Source: Microthyrium microscopicum
Taxonomy: Eukaryota
Length of the DNA: 64,000 bases
Assembly (NCBI GenBank): GCA_010405405.1
Contig: MU004231.1
Location: forward strand, 3,770,884 to 3,834,883
Reading direction: 5' to 3'
The notes under the pieces are model-generated. The model was given only the letters and a program-made list of their open reading frames with translations, made no database searches and was not told the DNA's origin. The position numbers were made by a program, and so were the translations under genes. Position 1 is the first letter of the stretch. Each line of letters starts with the position of its first letter. Of the stretch, positions 1 to 13,046 are shown one piece after another.

Positions 1-1068
1 ACACAGAACAACATATTCCATGAAAGCGGTTTGGGTCGATAATGTATTCCAAAGAAAGTGAAGATAAGAGTAAGACAGACCTTCCATGCTGAATAATCGG
101 AGTCAAGGATAAGAGGAACAACTCCTGCTTTTATCCTCATGTTCCCATGAGAGCCTTATTGTTGATCAGGAAAACGCTCGAAATGACCATGCAACTGCTA
201 CATATGGTCTAGAGACACTACAAACTCAAGCTTAGAATATCAAATAGTCGACTCTGGGTTGGTAGCAGACGACGCACTCTTTCTGAAGCAAGTACTGCCA
301 ATGAATCTGTGCATTCGAAGACCAAAAGTGGAAAAACAATTGCTTTGCATCACGCATTGTACATCTCAGCCAGTCAACTGATTGAATCAGACTGCTACGG
401 TACCCATTTGTAGTTTTCTCTGGGCCTAGGGACACACGGGTAGCCCTGCAAGGCCGCTCATCGATCCTACAAACGGATCATTGCCGAACCACTGACTGAA
501 TCTTCAAGAATCATATCAACTAGCTGTTGATCTTGATGGCTCTGTGTCTAGCTCGAGATCTGTCTAATCTTCAAAATTCAAGCACTATCAAACTCACCAA
601 TGGTCTCCACTCCAAGTAAAACATGTCATTTTCTCATCGTAAAATGGTGACTTCATTTCCATGTATATTCATGGATACGGATAATAAGACTCCAGATACT
701 GCAATACTCGTCCTTAAGCGTAAGGAACATGCTGCTATAAGAGACATATCATCAGTGCGACGTACAACAGGAGGCAACCAGGGATACAAGGGATCGCTCT
801 CGATCTGTTTTAAGTTTACCGAAGCATTAATCGGATGATCAAAACAATTTCGCAGCTCACCAGATTCGGTGAGCACACCTCGTATTCATGTATGCGTTCT
901 GTACCTGAAGGTGAGATCCTCAACATGGTTCCAGTACATCACTGCGTATCTTCAAGCACCTTCGGTCTTGAAAACAAAAATACTCACCGAGATTGAAATA
1001 TATTACGTGCTAAACTATCCGCATCATAAATCTTTTTGTTTCCCACTTTGCGTTCAACAACACTCAAT

Positions 1069-1980
1069 ATGGCTTCGTCGCAAACATCAACACTACGCCC
1101 ATCAACATCAACATCAACCACCAAAATGTCCACAACATCCCCATCTTCCCAAGACCACCAACTCCCCGAGCCATCGAAATCTCCTTCACTCACAGCCGCC
1201 GCATGGGCAGATACACCTTACGCCCTAATCCCCACGCCCCTCCCCTCACAATCAGCATACACATCGCCCACCATACCCGCCGCTTCCCTGATAGCGCACG
1301 AAATGAGCCATCTACACTGCATGCTCCTCCGCGGCCTCAACTCACTATACCAACAAGCGCCCCACGTACAAACCGAGTCCTCCATAGCCTCCTTCCTGCA
1401 ATATGGGAACCACTGGTGCACAACGCTAAACCACCACCACGCCACAGAAGAAACCTTCCTATTCCCACGTATCGATGCGCTTGCCGGAGAAGCTCTAATG
1501 ACGCCTAATCTAGCGCAACATCTGACATTCGAAGCTGGCATCGAAGCGCTGGATCACTACTGCCTTACCACCGATCCCTCAGCATATAGCTCCCAAGATT
1601 TCCGCGGCATAATCGAATCTTTCGGATCTACATTACGAGCACACTTGAACGATGAAATAGGGACATTAGTTGCGCTAGATGGGAAAGTGGACGGTGATAA
1701 GTTGAAAGCGCTCTGGCGCGCAAGTAGTCTCCATGCGAGGAGTAAGACGGACAAGAATATAGGACTACCAATGATTATCGGAACATACGATGTAACATAT
1801 CAAGGAGGTGCGTTGAGCGAGTTCAATTTACCGATTGTGTTGCTTTGGGCAAATGAGTGGGTATATAGTCGCAAGTGGGCGGATTGTTGGCGATTTTTGC
1901 CATGTGATACTCGTGGACGGCCGCGGGCGTTGGTGGGTGCTGAGGAGGGGACGGGGATGAAGGAGAGATGGAAGATGTGA
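1069..1980 (+). CDS. Hemerythrin/HHE cation-binding domain protein with a Ser/Thr-rich N-terminus
   Basis: Intronless ORF. First ATG at 1069 (alternative 1126). HHE-type ligands HEMSHLH, HHHATEE, QH, HLNDE, and a fungal-type C-terminal CWRFLPCD. Confidence 0.85.
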   Translation: MASSQTSTLRPSTSTSTTKMSTTSPSSQDHQLPEPSKSPSLTAAAWADTPYALIPTPLPSQSAYTSPTIPAASLIAHEMSHLHCMLLRGLNSLYQQAPHVQTESSIASFLQYGNHWCTTLNHHHATEETFLFPRIDALAGEALMTPNLAQHLTFEAGIEALDHYCLTTDPSAYSSQDFRGIIESFGSTLRAHLNDEIGTLVALDGKVDGDKLKALWRASSLHARSKTDKNIGLPMIIGTYDVTYQGGALSEFNLPIVLLWANEWVYSRKWADCWRFLPCDTRGRPRALVGAEEGTGMKERWKM

Positions 1981-2647
1981 AAATAAGCGAGAAGTGAGAA
2001 GTGATATGGGAACAGGTGGTACCAGTTGATGGGAGTATCTAAAGGGCTAGTTCGTGTTTTATGGGATAGCGGTGGTTAATCACTAGTGATGTTAGGAGTT
2101 TAGGGATATGAAGGCGGTTTGAATAAATTATGTAGCACCTTTACGATGTACATTTTATTGAAAATTTGGCGTCCTAATTGCACGTTGAATCTGTCTGTGC
2201 AAAACAGTGGTATATACACAATGAAAGAAGAATGAATCTCCGGGAGCAAATTCCCACCCACTTTTTGAAGAAAGCCGATGCTAGGACCCCCAAAAACGAC
2301 GTCAGTTGATTGTGCTGGTGGTGAATAAGCATCCTCTCCGAACAGCAAGAAAAATAGCAACCAAGATCAAGGTTAGCCAACCTTATAGATCAGCGCCCAA
2401 TCCTGTATCCATTGAATTGCTCAGAAAATGGCAAGCCTCCAATTCATGATCCTCATGCTAGAGTTGAAACAAAAGCAACTCATCCCCAACGCCGGTGCAG
2501 TCTAAAAGACTCGACATCGTTAGCCAGTCAAAGACTCCGCGCAAAACATACAGAACAATTCATCAGGTGTATCATAAACAGCAAAAGACGCCAGTACAAG
2601 AATAAGGAAAGATTGGTCAACGACCAATTATGGTACAAGGGCGTTTA

Positions 2648-5600
2648 TCAAGTAGTGTTGGCACTTGACAAGGCTTCGGGCATTTTCTCTAGCTCTGGTT
2701 TGGGATCCACATCCATGGCAGCTGGATCCGAAGTTGGAAGCGTGGTTGAGCTGCTGGGGACATTGTCCATAGGCTGAGCTGCAGACGAAGGCGCTGGATC
2801 TGTCGTTTTCACTGCTTCGTCGATTTGCGATGTTTCAGAGACAGCTGGTAGGAAAGAAGGAACAGGTGACATATCTGGTTTCTCTTCAGCTGGGGTTTTG
2901 ACTGCGTCTAGAGGTCCAGGCCCAGTTGCAGAGAGAGGAGAATGTTGAGCCACTTGTTGAGCTTGCTCAATCTTCTTTTTCTTGTTGCGATTGGACCAAT
3001 CGCTAAGACTCATCTTCTTCTTAGTCGGCGTTGGTGCGGCGGCAAGTGTAATGGCTGAAGAAGAGATTGTAATGTTCAGAGGGGTCCTTGACAAAGTCGG
3101 CGATTGGGAAAGCACGGGCGTGTCAGGAGCTACTCCATGCGTCGTTGTTGGACTGTGATTCTCAAGCGGTCCTGACACCGATACAGAAGGAGTTGTTGGT
3201 GACTTGTTTGAATCAAGTGATTTATAAGAAAATGCAGGAGAGTTGAAGACTGGGACTGGAGGAAGTTCTACAGTCAAGGCTGGTTTAGGAGAAGGTTCAG
3301 ACGATGGCTTTGGCGAAATATCCTTGCCATTGAGTTTAGTGTGTTTCGATGCAGAATCAAAAGTCGCAGGCGCTGGTGGTATTGGTGAGATAGGAGGGGA
3401 AGACTCGACCTTTGCACTCAGCTGTTGGGTTTTGGGCTCTTCCGACGTTTGAGTGTGAGAGGAGACGAGAGGTGTAGCTTCGGCCGATATCTTTTCCTTC
3501 TCCTGTGATCGTGTTGGTGCCTCGGCCGATGGTTCCACTGTTGGCTTTACAGTTGGGGCGGAGACTGGCTCAACAGGTTGCTTGGCTGCTAATTCAGTCA
3601 ATGACTCGGAGGGAGTTTCCACAGCTAGTTCTGGTTGCAGGGCCGAAGAGTCTGTCATTTCGACATCTTTTGAGCCTTCATGGGTTTCACCCACAATTAT
3701 ATCCACCTGAGTAGTTTCTGTTGATAGTTTGGAGAGGTGGGCAGGGAGGGGAGGCGGCGGCATATCCTTGTTCGGAGTGCCAATGCGTACAGCGGACTCT
3801 CGTTCAGCTGAAGTGGACGTTGACGCTATAGACGGACTGGTGATACTATTTTGCCTCGAACTTGCCCGCGACTGCTGCAACGCCTGCCTCGCTCTAGATT
3901 GTTTCAGAAGTTTGTGGGCAAGGGTGGTGGTGCATCGATGTTTTCGTAATTGCTCCTTCCGCTGCTCTTTGGTTGGGGGCCAGATTTGAGGAGTTTGAGT
4001 TGATGAATCGACGGTAGGACGACGAGCTCGAGTTGATGGAGCCGACGTGTTGGCAGGTTGGGCAATGCTTGTAGTTCGAATTTTCAATTCAGAACCACGT
4101 CCGTTGACACGGGGCTTGCTAGCACTAGATGCAGATGTTGGAGAGGGATTGAAGGCATCGAGATGACCAAGTTGGTTCTGGCGCGTAGATTTAGCTACAG
4201 CGAGGGGTGCGCGCTCCGGTAGACTTACGGATGTGGACAGGCTGGGGGTGTTGAGAGCTGACCCAGCACTGTTACGCTTGCCCCGACGATTTCTGTCTTC
4301 TTCCATTCTTGCAAAGAGTCTCTCTTGCTCCTGGATCTTTCGTTGCTCGCGACTTGAGAGCTCAACGCCCAAGCCAATAGATGATTCTGTTCCATGCGCC
4401 ATGGGAGTAATGTCTCGACTCTGGATCGATCCAGATGCGGAACGACTCTCGACAGCTTCGTCATCGACATCAATGTGATTGACAGCCTCACTTCCAGCAC
4501 GGCTGTTTGTGGCACGACCTGTACTTAGAGGTGATATTTGAAGTATGCCTTTTTTGTGCTTTTTTCGTGGAGGTTTCGTGGACAGGCCATTTGTTTCTTG
4601 TGTAGGCACGGGTAGTCTGGGAAACCCCGCAAGGTTGAAGACACATTGATCTTTAGGACGGTTGCATGCGCAAGCGCCAAAATGAGCTAAAACCCCACTC
4701 ACCCAGTTGGCTTTGTACTCGCAATCCTCTGCGCTAACATTCTTTTTATCAACCATCGCTTTTGATATTTCCATTACTTTAGGATCAATATACCAAGGAA
4801 TGGTAATTTCCTCTTCTTGCTGAATGGCGCGTGTTGAGATGAGACAGAAACGGTATTCCTGACCAACTATTATGATTTGCATAATGGAATTTGGTTGACA
4901 ACTGCGACGAGTATATCGTAACTCTGAGCCATGTTTCCGAGCATCGATGCAAATGGGAAGCAAATCGCTATAAAATACAAAAGGTTCTGGATGCCGTAAG
5001 ATAGGCCAAACCTCTGATTTTGCTTCATATTCGGCTTTTTGTGCAATCTCGCCATTCAGTTCCCCAAGAAATGAGTTTGGATCGGCGGGTCGCTGCGCGG
5101 TAAGGCCAATGTAGAGCGGATGTCGTCCATGAGCAGTGACGGACGTGTCTTCGTGACGAGTTTGCACAATGCCAGGAGACATTGATTGCAGTTCTGACCA
5201 TGGCTTGTCCCATCGCTTGAAAACATCATGTTGAGTCTTACCTCGGGCGACTTTTTCAAACAGGTCATTGTCATTGAGCCAGCCAGCAAGAGAGTTGGTT
5301 GTCTCAAGACTGCAGAAAACATTGGAGTCTGTTGATTCCCAAGGCTTATCGTGTAGCTGCATAAACTCGATAGAGAATCGTTCGTTTGGACTCTGTGGGC
5401 CATCGGGTGAGAAGGGGGATTTGGTAGGACTAGCGCGAGGAAGGGCTACTGAGTTGGTTCGCTTCCTCGATGGATTTGGTTGAAGGGGATTTATAATAGA
5501 TGTTGTAGAGGATGAGGTTCGATGACTTGTCTTGGGACGCTTGGCTGGAGGGGGATCGTGAGGACTACCAGACAAGCGATCGTGTCCAAATTTGTCAGGC

Positions 5601-6025
5601 AGCGAGGTGCCGTTGACTTGTGTAGCACTTTGTGGCTCTTTCGTTTTCTTCTTGTGGCTCTTTGAGGGTGCCTTCTTCTGCTTTCGCTCGCCCGAGATAG
5701 GGGCGGACCGAGACTGGCGTTGTCGGTCGGCAGCAGCCTTTACATCAATGTGACGAGGTTGACAGTTGATGCATTGATGAACCTCTGGTACGTCGGTATT
5801 GGGATAATAGCACTCGATGTGTTGCCAAGTGCTGCAGTCCTCGCAATAAACGGTGAGACCATCATCGTCGTTGTAGCCACAGATGCACTTTATCGTCGAG
5901 TCGTCCTCGACAGGCGCCTCTGCTTGAGCTGCAAAGCCATTTGTGAGAGGCGCATCGCTGGGTAATGTAGGGCCGGCAATGAGCGCAGGCTCTTGAATAT
6001 GGTTTGGCGGAGATAACTCAGTCAT
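2648..6025 (-). CDS. SET3: PHD finger + SET-like domain chromatin protein (Set3/Set4-like)
   Basis: PHD motif CICG...CEDC..WQHIEC...CINC. Degenerate SET motif RYTRRSCQPNS...EEEITIPW, then CACN. C-terminal KKKMSLSDW. ATG at 6025. Probable intron 4178-4228 (GTAAGT...CAG). Confidence 0.85.
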   Translation of the reverse strand: MTELSPPNHIQEPALIAGPTLPSDAPLTNGFAAQAEAPVEDDSTIKCICGYNDDDGLTVYCEDCSTWQHIECYYPNTDVPEVHQCINCQPRHIDVKAAADRQRQSRSAPISGERKQKKAPSKSHKKKTKEPQSATQVNGTSLPDKFGHDRLSGSPHDPPPAKRPKTSHRTSSSTTSIINPLQPNPSRKRTNSVALPRASPTKSPFSPDGPQSPNERFSIEFMQLHDKPWESTDSNVFCSLETTNSLAGWLNDNDLFEKVARGKTQHDVFKRWDKPWSELQSMSPGIVQTRHEDTSVTAHGRHPLYIGLTAQRPADPNSFLGELNGEIAQKAEYEAKSEVWPILRHPEPFVFYSDLLPICIDARKHGSELRYTRRSCQPNSIMQIIIVGQEYRFCLISTRAIQQEEEITIPWYIDPKVMEISKAMVDKKNVSAEDCEYKANWVSGVLAHFGACACNRPKDQCVFNLAGFPRLPVPTQETNGLSTKPPRKKHKKGILQISPLSTGRATNSRAGSEAVNHIDVDDEAVESRSASGSIQSRDITPMAHGTESSIGLGVELSSREQRKIQEQERLFARMEEDRNRRGKRNSAGSALNTPSLSTSVSLPERAPLAVAKSTRQNQLGHLDAFNPSPTSASSASKPRVNGRGSELKIRTTSIAQPANTSAPSTRARRPTVDSSTQTPQIWPPTKEQRKEQLRKHRCTTTLAHKLLKQSRARQALQQSRASSRQNSITSPSIASTSTSAERESAVRIGTPNKDMPPPPLPAHLSKLSTETTQVDIIVGETHEGSKDVEMTDSSALQPELAVETPSESLTELAAKQPVEPVSAPTVKPTVEPSAEAPTRSQEKEKISAEATPLVSSHTQTSEEPKTQQLSAKVESSPPISPIPPAPATFDSASKHTKLNGKDISPKPSSEPSPKPALTVELPPVPVFNSPAFSYKSLDSNKSPTTPSVSVSGPLENHSPTTTHGVAPDTPVLSQSPTLSRTPLNITISSSAITLAAAPTPTKKKMSLSDWSNRNKKKKIEQAQQVAQHSPLSATGPGPLDAVKTPAEEKPDMSPVPSFLPAVSETSQIDEAVKTTDPAPSSAAQPMDNVPSSSTTLPTSDPAAMDVDPKPELEKMPEALSSANTT

Positions 6026-8349
6026 TCTACAGTAGGGATTGAGCGCTTCAACGTAATGCTTGTCTGGGTCGCATGACGAAGTGAGATGAATGAAGCGATC
6101 CAAATGAGGAATAAGGGAATCTGATCGATCTCAGGTTACTCCGACCCACATGGGACGTGATCTCTACCGTGTAGAGAAGGAGCAATGGCCTCTTGAGTCA
6201 AGACAGCGAGGATTTCGGGACGCAAGCGCCTTGAGTAAAGCAACAGCTGAGGGCAGCGGGCGGTATTTAGGACGAGAAGAGAGTAATAGCGTATGATGAA
6301 ATGTATATTCCGAAGAATCAGAAGGCAGAAGGGTTGTGAAGGTGGATGTTTAGTTGGAAAAGGTGGGAGAATAGGATGGATCGTGGAGGCAAAAGGCGAG
6401 TGCTGCGGCGCAAGGAGTAGGAGACCAGACAGGCGCGCACGAGAGATGAGAAGAGAGTACAGAGGTAGTAGATGATGAATGAGAATGAGATGTCAAGAGA
6501 ATGATGGGCGCTCGTGGTCTGGTAGGAGGGAGACGAGAGGGAAAATGCGGACTGGGTGGAGGGAAAGCGAGAGTTGAGAGGAAGGTGTGAGAGCAGTCTT
6601 TGGCTCTTCCCCCAACAGAAGCCAGAGCCAGCTTAGAGAGAGAGAGGAGAACTCTTGAGTCTTTGCCTGCACTTTCTGTCCGGGTTAGCCAATCACAACC
6701 CTAGTCGAACGTGGCCCAAGTCCTCCTCCTACATTCAAGTGCTCAAACTGCCAGTACTGTCTGAAGGTTGCAGCCAGCAGCTACTCGAGCAAAAGTTTGC
6801 AGCAACCAACGCTGTGGGCCATGCATAGTAACGGCTGCAGCGATGGAAACCCCAGACTTGTTTTTCAGCTATCATGAGCAAGTCCGGGATATCATAGCCC
6901 AAGGAATTCAAGATCCACAGAGGCCTGGCAGTGGCAGGACTTTAGAAGACAGTTTGGCTGATGGAGAGTGGAGGAGACCAGTGCACAGAGCCAAGCCCCT
7001 AGCAAGCGTCCCTCCATATCTTCTAGTCTCTTAATGGCTTAGTCTGGCCTGGTTTATCGCGCTTGTCTTCTTTGAGCACTAGTCGCCAGCTGGTGCGTGC
7101 CTTCCATTCGCTTCATCTTGATTTCCGTTCGCTCTCTCTCTCCGCTCCAGTGCTCCACAATCTCCATTGAACAGCATTTCCATATCTCCATCACTTCAAC
7201 TTGCCAGTCTGTTCGCTGTTGCCATTAAATCCTATCGGAATCTGATCGCATACATCATCTGCTTAACCATGTGTTGCTGTATCGTGCCTGTCACGACTTG
7301 GACTCGGCATATGACACCCATGTAACTGTCCGCCTTCACTCTTGACGCGATTCTGTTGCAGATTACTTGTCGCTCTAGCAGTTTTTTCGGCTGCATTGTT
7401 GCATTGGCCAAGCCACCCCGCGAGCGGTTGACCCGCTGTAGACATGGAATATATGAACTGTCTGCCATTGGTTGCTGTGTCGATAACCATCTTTCTCTCT
7501 TTCTTTACACGCGCATCATCTTTTATCCTCCGCTTTACACCTCCTCGAATCCTACAAGATGATCGAGTCTGCACTGTGCTGCCTTGCGTTTGATGATTCG
7601 AAAAATCTAAACCGATTTCAACTCGTTGACGCACGCCGAACACCACTTGAAGTGATGCCATTGTGGTCCGCTGTGTGACAATCAGTATTCTTGTGTGGAT
7701 GCAGCATTATTAAGCCTCTGCTAATCTTGTGCAACTAGAGAACACAGCGGAAGATTACTTCTTTATGTTGTACATGACTCTCAAGTCTTGTCGCGAGACC
7801 TGGCAGCGATCCTGCAATCGAGCCCTCCATTGGACCACTTCCATGCGATTCGTGCCCTCTAGACCCGCGGGGTTGATGCAATCCAAATACTTTAAAAGCT
7901 GCATGTCTGGCATTAAAGGCGACTTGAACGGCGAAATCAAATCTTGACCGCTCCTTCATGCCTTCGTCACCGTCCACAACCCCTCAATCGTTCTGATCCA
8001 TTCGCGTCCATGTGCTTGTCGATGGACAATGTCGCTACAGATGTATGAAAATGACGTGCAGTCAGCCGAATTTGCAACATGGCTCGAATCGCTGTCGAAG
8101 TGGTGAAATTGGGGTCAAGTTGACGATAAGAAAGAGCGAGTGCCTGGTTTCAAGTCGCTCTTGCCTCTGTTTACCAGGGCTCCCTCTGTCCCTGAACAGA
8201 CGCCGCACAATCATTAAAGCGCAAATAATCGCCTTTCCAGAGAACATCTAACAATTTTCAAAGGGCTCTGGACCTGTAGGTACGTTGACAGGCAACCGTT
8301 ATCAGCAAGAGCAAGGATATTTTGCCACTTTGCCTCCTAGATCGCAGAA

Positions 8350-8735
8350 CGGGTTCACAGGTTGGTTTCATACTCGATGGCTCTTCTCGACGTTCAATTA
8401 CCTGTCTTCAAGCATCGATCTATAGATGATTCTAGCAATAGTCGAGGAGTGCGGAAAGCTACAACGTTCTTCGCTTTTTTCATGTTGACTTGAGCCAGGC
8501 CAAGTGACAAATGAAACAACTACAATCATCTTTCGACTCACTATTTTGCGCGCAGACTATGAGGTTGAGGTAAGGTTTACACGTCCGATGGAACGCGCAG
8601 TATGACGAGCTAGAAAGGAAGAACGGGGAGCAGGATACAACGCTGGCGACATTGAAACTCAAATCTCTTGTTGCCGGATTGGAAGAGAGAATCACACGGT
8701 TGGAGAAAGCTGTAGGTTTAACGTCAAAGACATAA
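8350..8735 (+). pseudogene. Possible decayed coiled-coil gene remnant
   Basis: Hand translation gives ...QAK*QMKQLQSSFDSL..RLR*GLHVRWNAQYDELERKNGEQDTTLATLKLKSLVAGLEERITRLEKAVG. The stops TGA and TAA are each one C>T change from sense codons. Confidence 0.3.
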
Positions 8736-9765
8736 GCCCATGCAGATATGAAGGAAGTTGAAGGTATCAGGTGAAATAGATTTCAATTCTATCATTATAC
8801 TTTGATAGCATTGTAGCTTTAGGTATTCCGCTACATCGATTTGCTCAGACTGACTGTTTGGAGACATAATGCAGTGAACATGGTGAGTTTTCGGCTGAGC
8901 TCTTGCTGAAAGTCAAGATGTTTCTTGTGGATGAGGTAGTCGACTGTAGCATTGCCTTGATTATATGAGATACGTCTAGCCATCAATCTGACTCCACTTT
9001 CCTGTCCCAGTCATGCTAGCCATAAGGCTGCTAAGCAAAAGCCCATTTTGCCCACTACTTTGATGGAATTCAGCGTTATAAACTATAGCAAAAAAAAGTA
9101 ATATGCCATCTCGCCGACATCAAATACAATAAGTAATAGCCATACATACCTCCACATTCACACTTCACGTGTGAGTATCCCATAAAACAGATACAACCAC
9201 AAAGAAGCATTTCCCCACATCCTATAAACCGTGCCTGTCTAAGCCGCAGATGTTGGTTGCATACTTGCATAAGGCTTAAACCCTCAACAGCCAATGAATC
9301 CAACTCGTCTACTCTGCATCGCCCCGAGGCTGATAAGCCAGACAAAAAAAGCCACTCGTTGTATTTGTGCAAATTTAAGAGGCCGCCATAACATCTTTTA
9401 GTTTGGGGTCCGAAATAGAAAATTGGTTGGTGCTTTGCTTTTTTTTCAGGTTCTATTTCAGTCTGGCTTTTGCCTGTTTGTGCATGATGGATTTCTCCAC
9501 ATTCACCTTCCTGCTCTTTTGCGATCGCTAATAAGACAACAAATCGTATATACTAGAGTACCCGTGGGCTTTTTCTGGGTTTGGTGTTACTGCTTTTCGA
9601 TAGTTGACGGGTTTTCTGCAACAATATCACGGGCGTTTTGAGTCACCTACCAGAACACTTGGGAGGTAAATAAAACAGCTCCAGATGTCGAGCTAGTTTT
9701 GGAGCAGTCCAACTTCCAGTGCTTCGACATTCAAGTAGCGTGGACGACAGCGCTTTTAGTAAACG

Positions 9766-11609
9766 ATGGGGGACCTCCATACTATTCCAGAGCAGCTCAT
9801 CTTCAACTTGACGGCTGGCAACTTGTTTCCCCAGCTGAGCGGCTCAAAAATCTGGAGTACTTTGCCTGACAACACGACAAATCCCAACATATCGACAATC
9901 ATCAACAAAAATGACATCCAGTTGACTTACCAAATTGGCAATGGAAACTCCTCCTTGGCCTTACCGCTGGTGGCCATGCTACTCCAGCCAAATGCCACAG
10001 TCGTGCCTGTCTGGTAAGCACCCCTCTGATCCTCCATCGTGACTATATCAGTCATCACCAAGAGAAAAGCCTACTTCAACAAACCACCAGCTAACACAAC
10101 ACCAGGTGCACCTACCCCCTTTCCGGCCAATACGACGTCCTTCCTCGCTTCCTCTTCTACCTAACCCTCACCGTCGCAATACTCTTCCGCCGCTTCAAAT
10201 GGCTCGCCGGTGCTGCTCTCGGCGTCGCCATAACCTACTCCACCATCTCAGCCATTCACTTCTTCATCCTGCTCGCGCGCTTCACATGGTTCCACTCCAC
10301 CACCTTCTCCAGCAACCCAGAGCCCTGGAACGTCAATGATTCCCGCAATTTCGGCGACATCGATTTCTTCGGCATCATACCTGTCCTTAGCGCCGCAGCG
10401 GTCATGTTGAGCCCAATCATCACGTGGAGTTCTACATTTCGCGCTCATCGGGCTAGACCGCTAGTCGTGCTTTGGGGATTGTTGATATTTGCAGCACTCA
10501 TCCCGGCGTTACTGTTGCTATATCGCTTCGTGGAGGATCTATGGGGTCTGAATAGTCCGCCGAGTTTTGCGTATTGTACGGGAACACTGCCGAAGTGTCG
10601 GTGGGATAGTATGGCGAGGCCGGATTCTTTTGACTTGGAGTTGTACACGGATTGCAATTGTGTGGACTTTTGCTCTCTCCTATCACCCAAAGCGCCATTG
10701 CGCGCAAATATGAATATGAGCGTTGATCTTAAGCGCCAAATCAGCGCAAAGGTCAAGCTGAAGGGCAGATATCGAAGGTTTTTTATCGTTATTATGATTG
10801 TTTGGGGTGTGGCGACGGCGCATGGGATGCTGAATTTGCTGTTTAGTGCGTGGGCGCCTACAAAGACAAGGAATACGCTTTTCAATGCGTTGTATGCGAG
10901 ACCGTTGGCGTTGTTGCTGAGGGTGTTTGAGGGAAGTAGGAGGCAGCGCATTGAGGCGAAGTGGAATGTGAAGCCGAATAATGCAAGAGGGAAGACGGGG
11001 CTTTGGTGGAGGTTTAGGAGCTTTGTTGCTGCGAGTATAGCTGGGACTGTATACTTGCTGGCGATGGCGGGCGCGTTGATCTATCCCTTGACGTTTGGGG
11101 CTACCATTGTGGTGAATGAGTTGTTGGCGGCGGAATATCCGGTCAGTGAGCATTCTGATGCCATTGGCGCGTGGTCCCCGTGGTTGGGTCTGGGACTTGT
11201 GCTCATTGCGTCGATTGTTATGGGGTGGCATAGTACTGTTGCTGGTTCCGCGACGGGTATTGCGACGTGGATGGTCAACTTTATACGGTATGATGCGGAT
11301 GAGAGGACGGGCTTGCAGGAGCTGGTGAGACAGCATCGCAATTCGAAGCTGGATCCGGATGAGAAGGAGGAAGAGAATCTCTTGACGGCATTGCCTAAGG
11401 AAATTTCCCTTGCGTGGCGCGCAATGATTAAGAGAATGGAAGAGTTCTTTAACTGGTGGAGAGATCCTGTTACTGGATCGGCGGAGAATCGTGATGAGGG
11501 TGTTGGATTGGTGGATTTGCCAAAAGATGCAGAGTATGCCCAACTGTCTCCACAGCGAGGGGCGTCTCCATCGGATTCGATTACAGCGGGAACAGCACGG
11601 AGTCCTTGA
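9766..11609 (+). CDS. Uncharacterised multi-pass membrane protein with a Cys-rich loop
   Basis: Intron 10014-10105 (GTAAGC...CTAAC...CAG) joins the 9766 ORF to WCTYPLSGQYDVLPRFLFY..., which continues in frame into the 10404 ORF. Several hydrophobic helices and a CNCVDFC loop. True start uncertain. Confidence 0.75.
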
Positions 11610-13022
11610 GGGAATTTGAACAGCATAGGTTTGGTGTTTGCATTGGATTGGATTGGAAATTGTCCGGAAAGATACCATTTGATTTCAAACCATAGTTTCT
11701 GCGATAATAGTAATTTCAGCAGCCTGATCTTGATATAAGCTGGTGAACAAGAGCATGTGAGATACAAACTCTTTTATCATATCAACCTAGTTTTTGGGTC
11801 GCGACTCGTGGGATAATGAAGGGTGGTGCTGTTGGGCGGCTTGGGCCGGACATAGTGGGATATATTGAACATGATATAGGTCTTGCAAACAAATGCAAGA
11901 AGCTGCGAACAGTAGGGCAGTGCTCAGTGGTAAGACTTTAATAGAACACCTGCAATTACTACGACAAACAGTGCCAATGAATATATCCTTTGTATGACAG
12001 AGGTCGTGGGCGAGATCAGACATATGGGGAAGGGGTGGTTAGGTGGAGCTTTGAAACGTTGGATATTCTCCTAGCTGCAGGATGAATAAGGCTGACGGGT
12101 AGTTTAAAAGGCGGGCGGCTATATGTTTATGCAGGCCAAGATGTTGGAATTGAAGCGCCAGGAAGGATTAATGAGGCGGCAGGATGGCGGTGATGCAGCG
12201 GCTCCAGCGAGCGGTATTATCGTGTCTTAAGTAGATAGAGTAGCAATTGAATGTGTGCAAATGTTGGTTTTGCTAGATTACCTGCAGACCATTGATCTTG
12301 ATAGATATAACTGTAGAGTACAGTGAAATTATGAATGAAAATGGTAGTTGTACGTTGCGACGGGAGACTACTGGTTGAGGGGAAAGAGCTGAGCAGGGAC
12401 TTCCCGAGACCTTGCCAAAAACAGTCTGGTGTGAGGCTATCATTAACTAAGAGTCTAAGATGGGGCAAGAGCATTGGAGAAGGAACATTTGAATGCTGCA
12501 AGAACAGATCGCCGTACTTGTTAGAGGCCACGGCCATCAACGTCAATTCGATAATGATAACCACCGAAAGGAAGAGTAGCAAGTAGCAGTGAGATAGAGC
12601 AATGCGGCTACTTGCTTGAATCGGTAAAAGTGTACCTGTCCATTGCTGCCACAAAAGGAAGTAACGATCAGTCAGTCGCATCTGGTGTTTGGTCTTGCCT
12701 TGAAAATACAGTACCAACGCTATTGCCGCACCAAACGAAGCCAGGGTCTCTCCTTCCCCAAGAGTCCAAAGCTTCCTTCTCAATTCACCTTTGGGGCCCT
12801 GGGCCAAGCCGCCGCCATACCTAACAATTCACATCTCATCGCACCACTACCAATTTCACTCTTCCCTCTCCTCCATACCGACCACCGTAACTTTCACTCT
12901 TCTCTATTCCCTGATCCTTCTCCTCTTCCTCTCAATTTAACAACTTTCTAATTTCTGCATCAAACAACCTCGACGCCGACCTTCTAAAATTACAAACTTG
13001 TTGCTCTCGTGCTCTACTCTTG

Positions 13023-13046
13023 CAAGGCTCAAGGCTCAAGGCTCAA
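13023..13046. repeat. Short tandem repeat (CAAGGCT)x3 in the pyrimidine-rich region upstream of PBP1
   Basis: Read directly: caaggctcaaggctcaaggctcaa. Confidence 0.8.

Noticed and set aside
10445..11767. Long antisense ORFs (331, 228 and 168 aa) over the membrane-protein gene
   Set aside because: Shadow frames of a coding strand, with no motifs or splice logic of their own.
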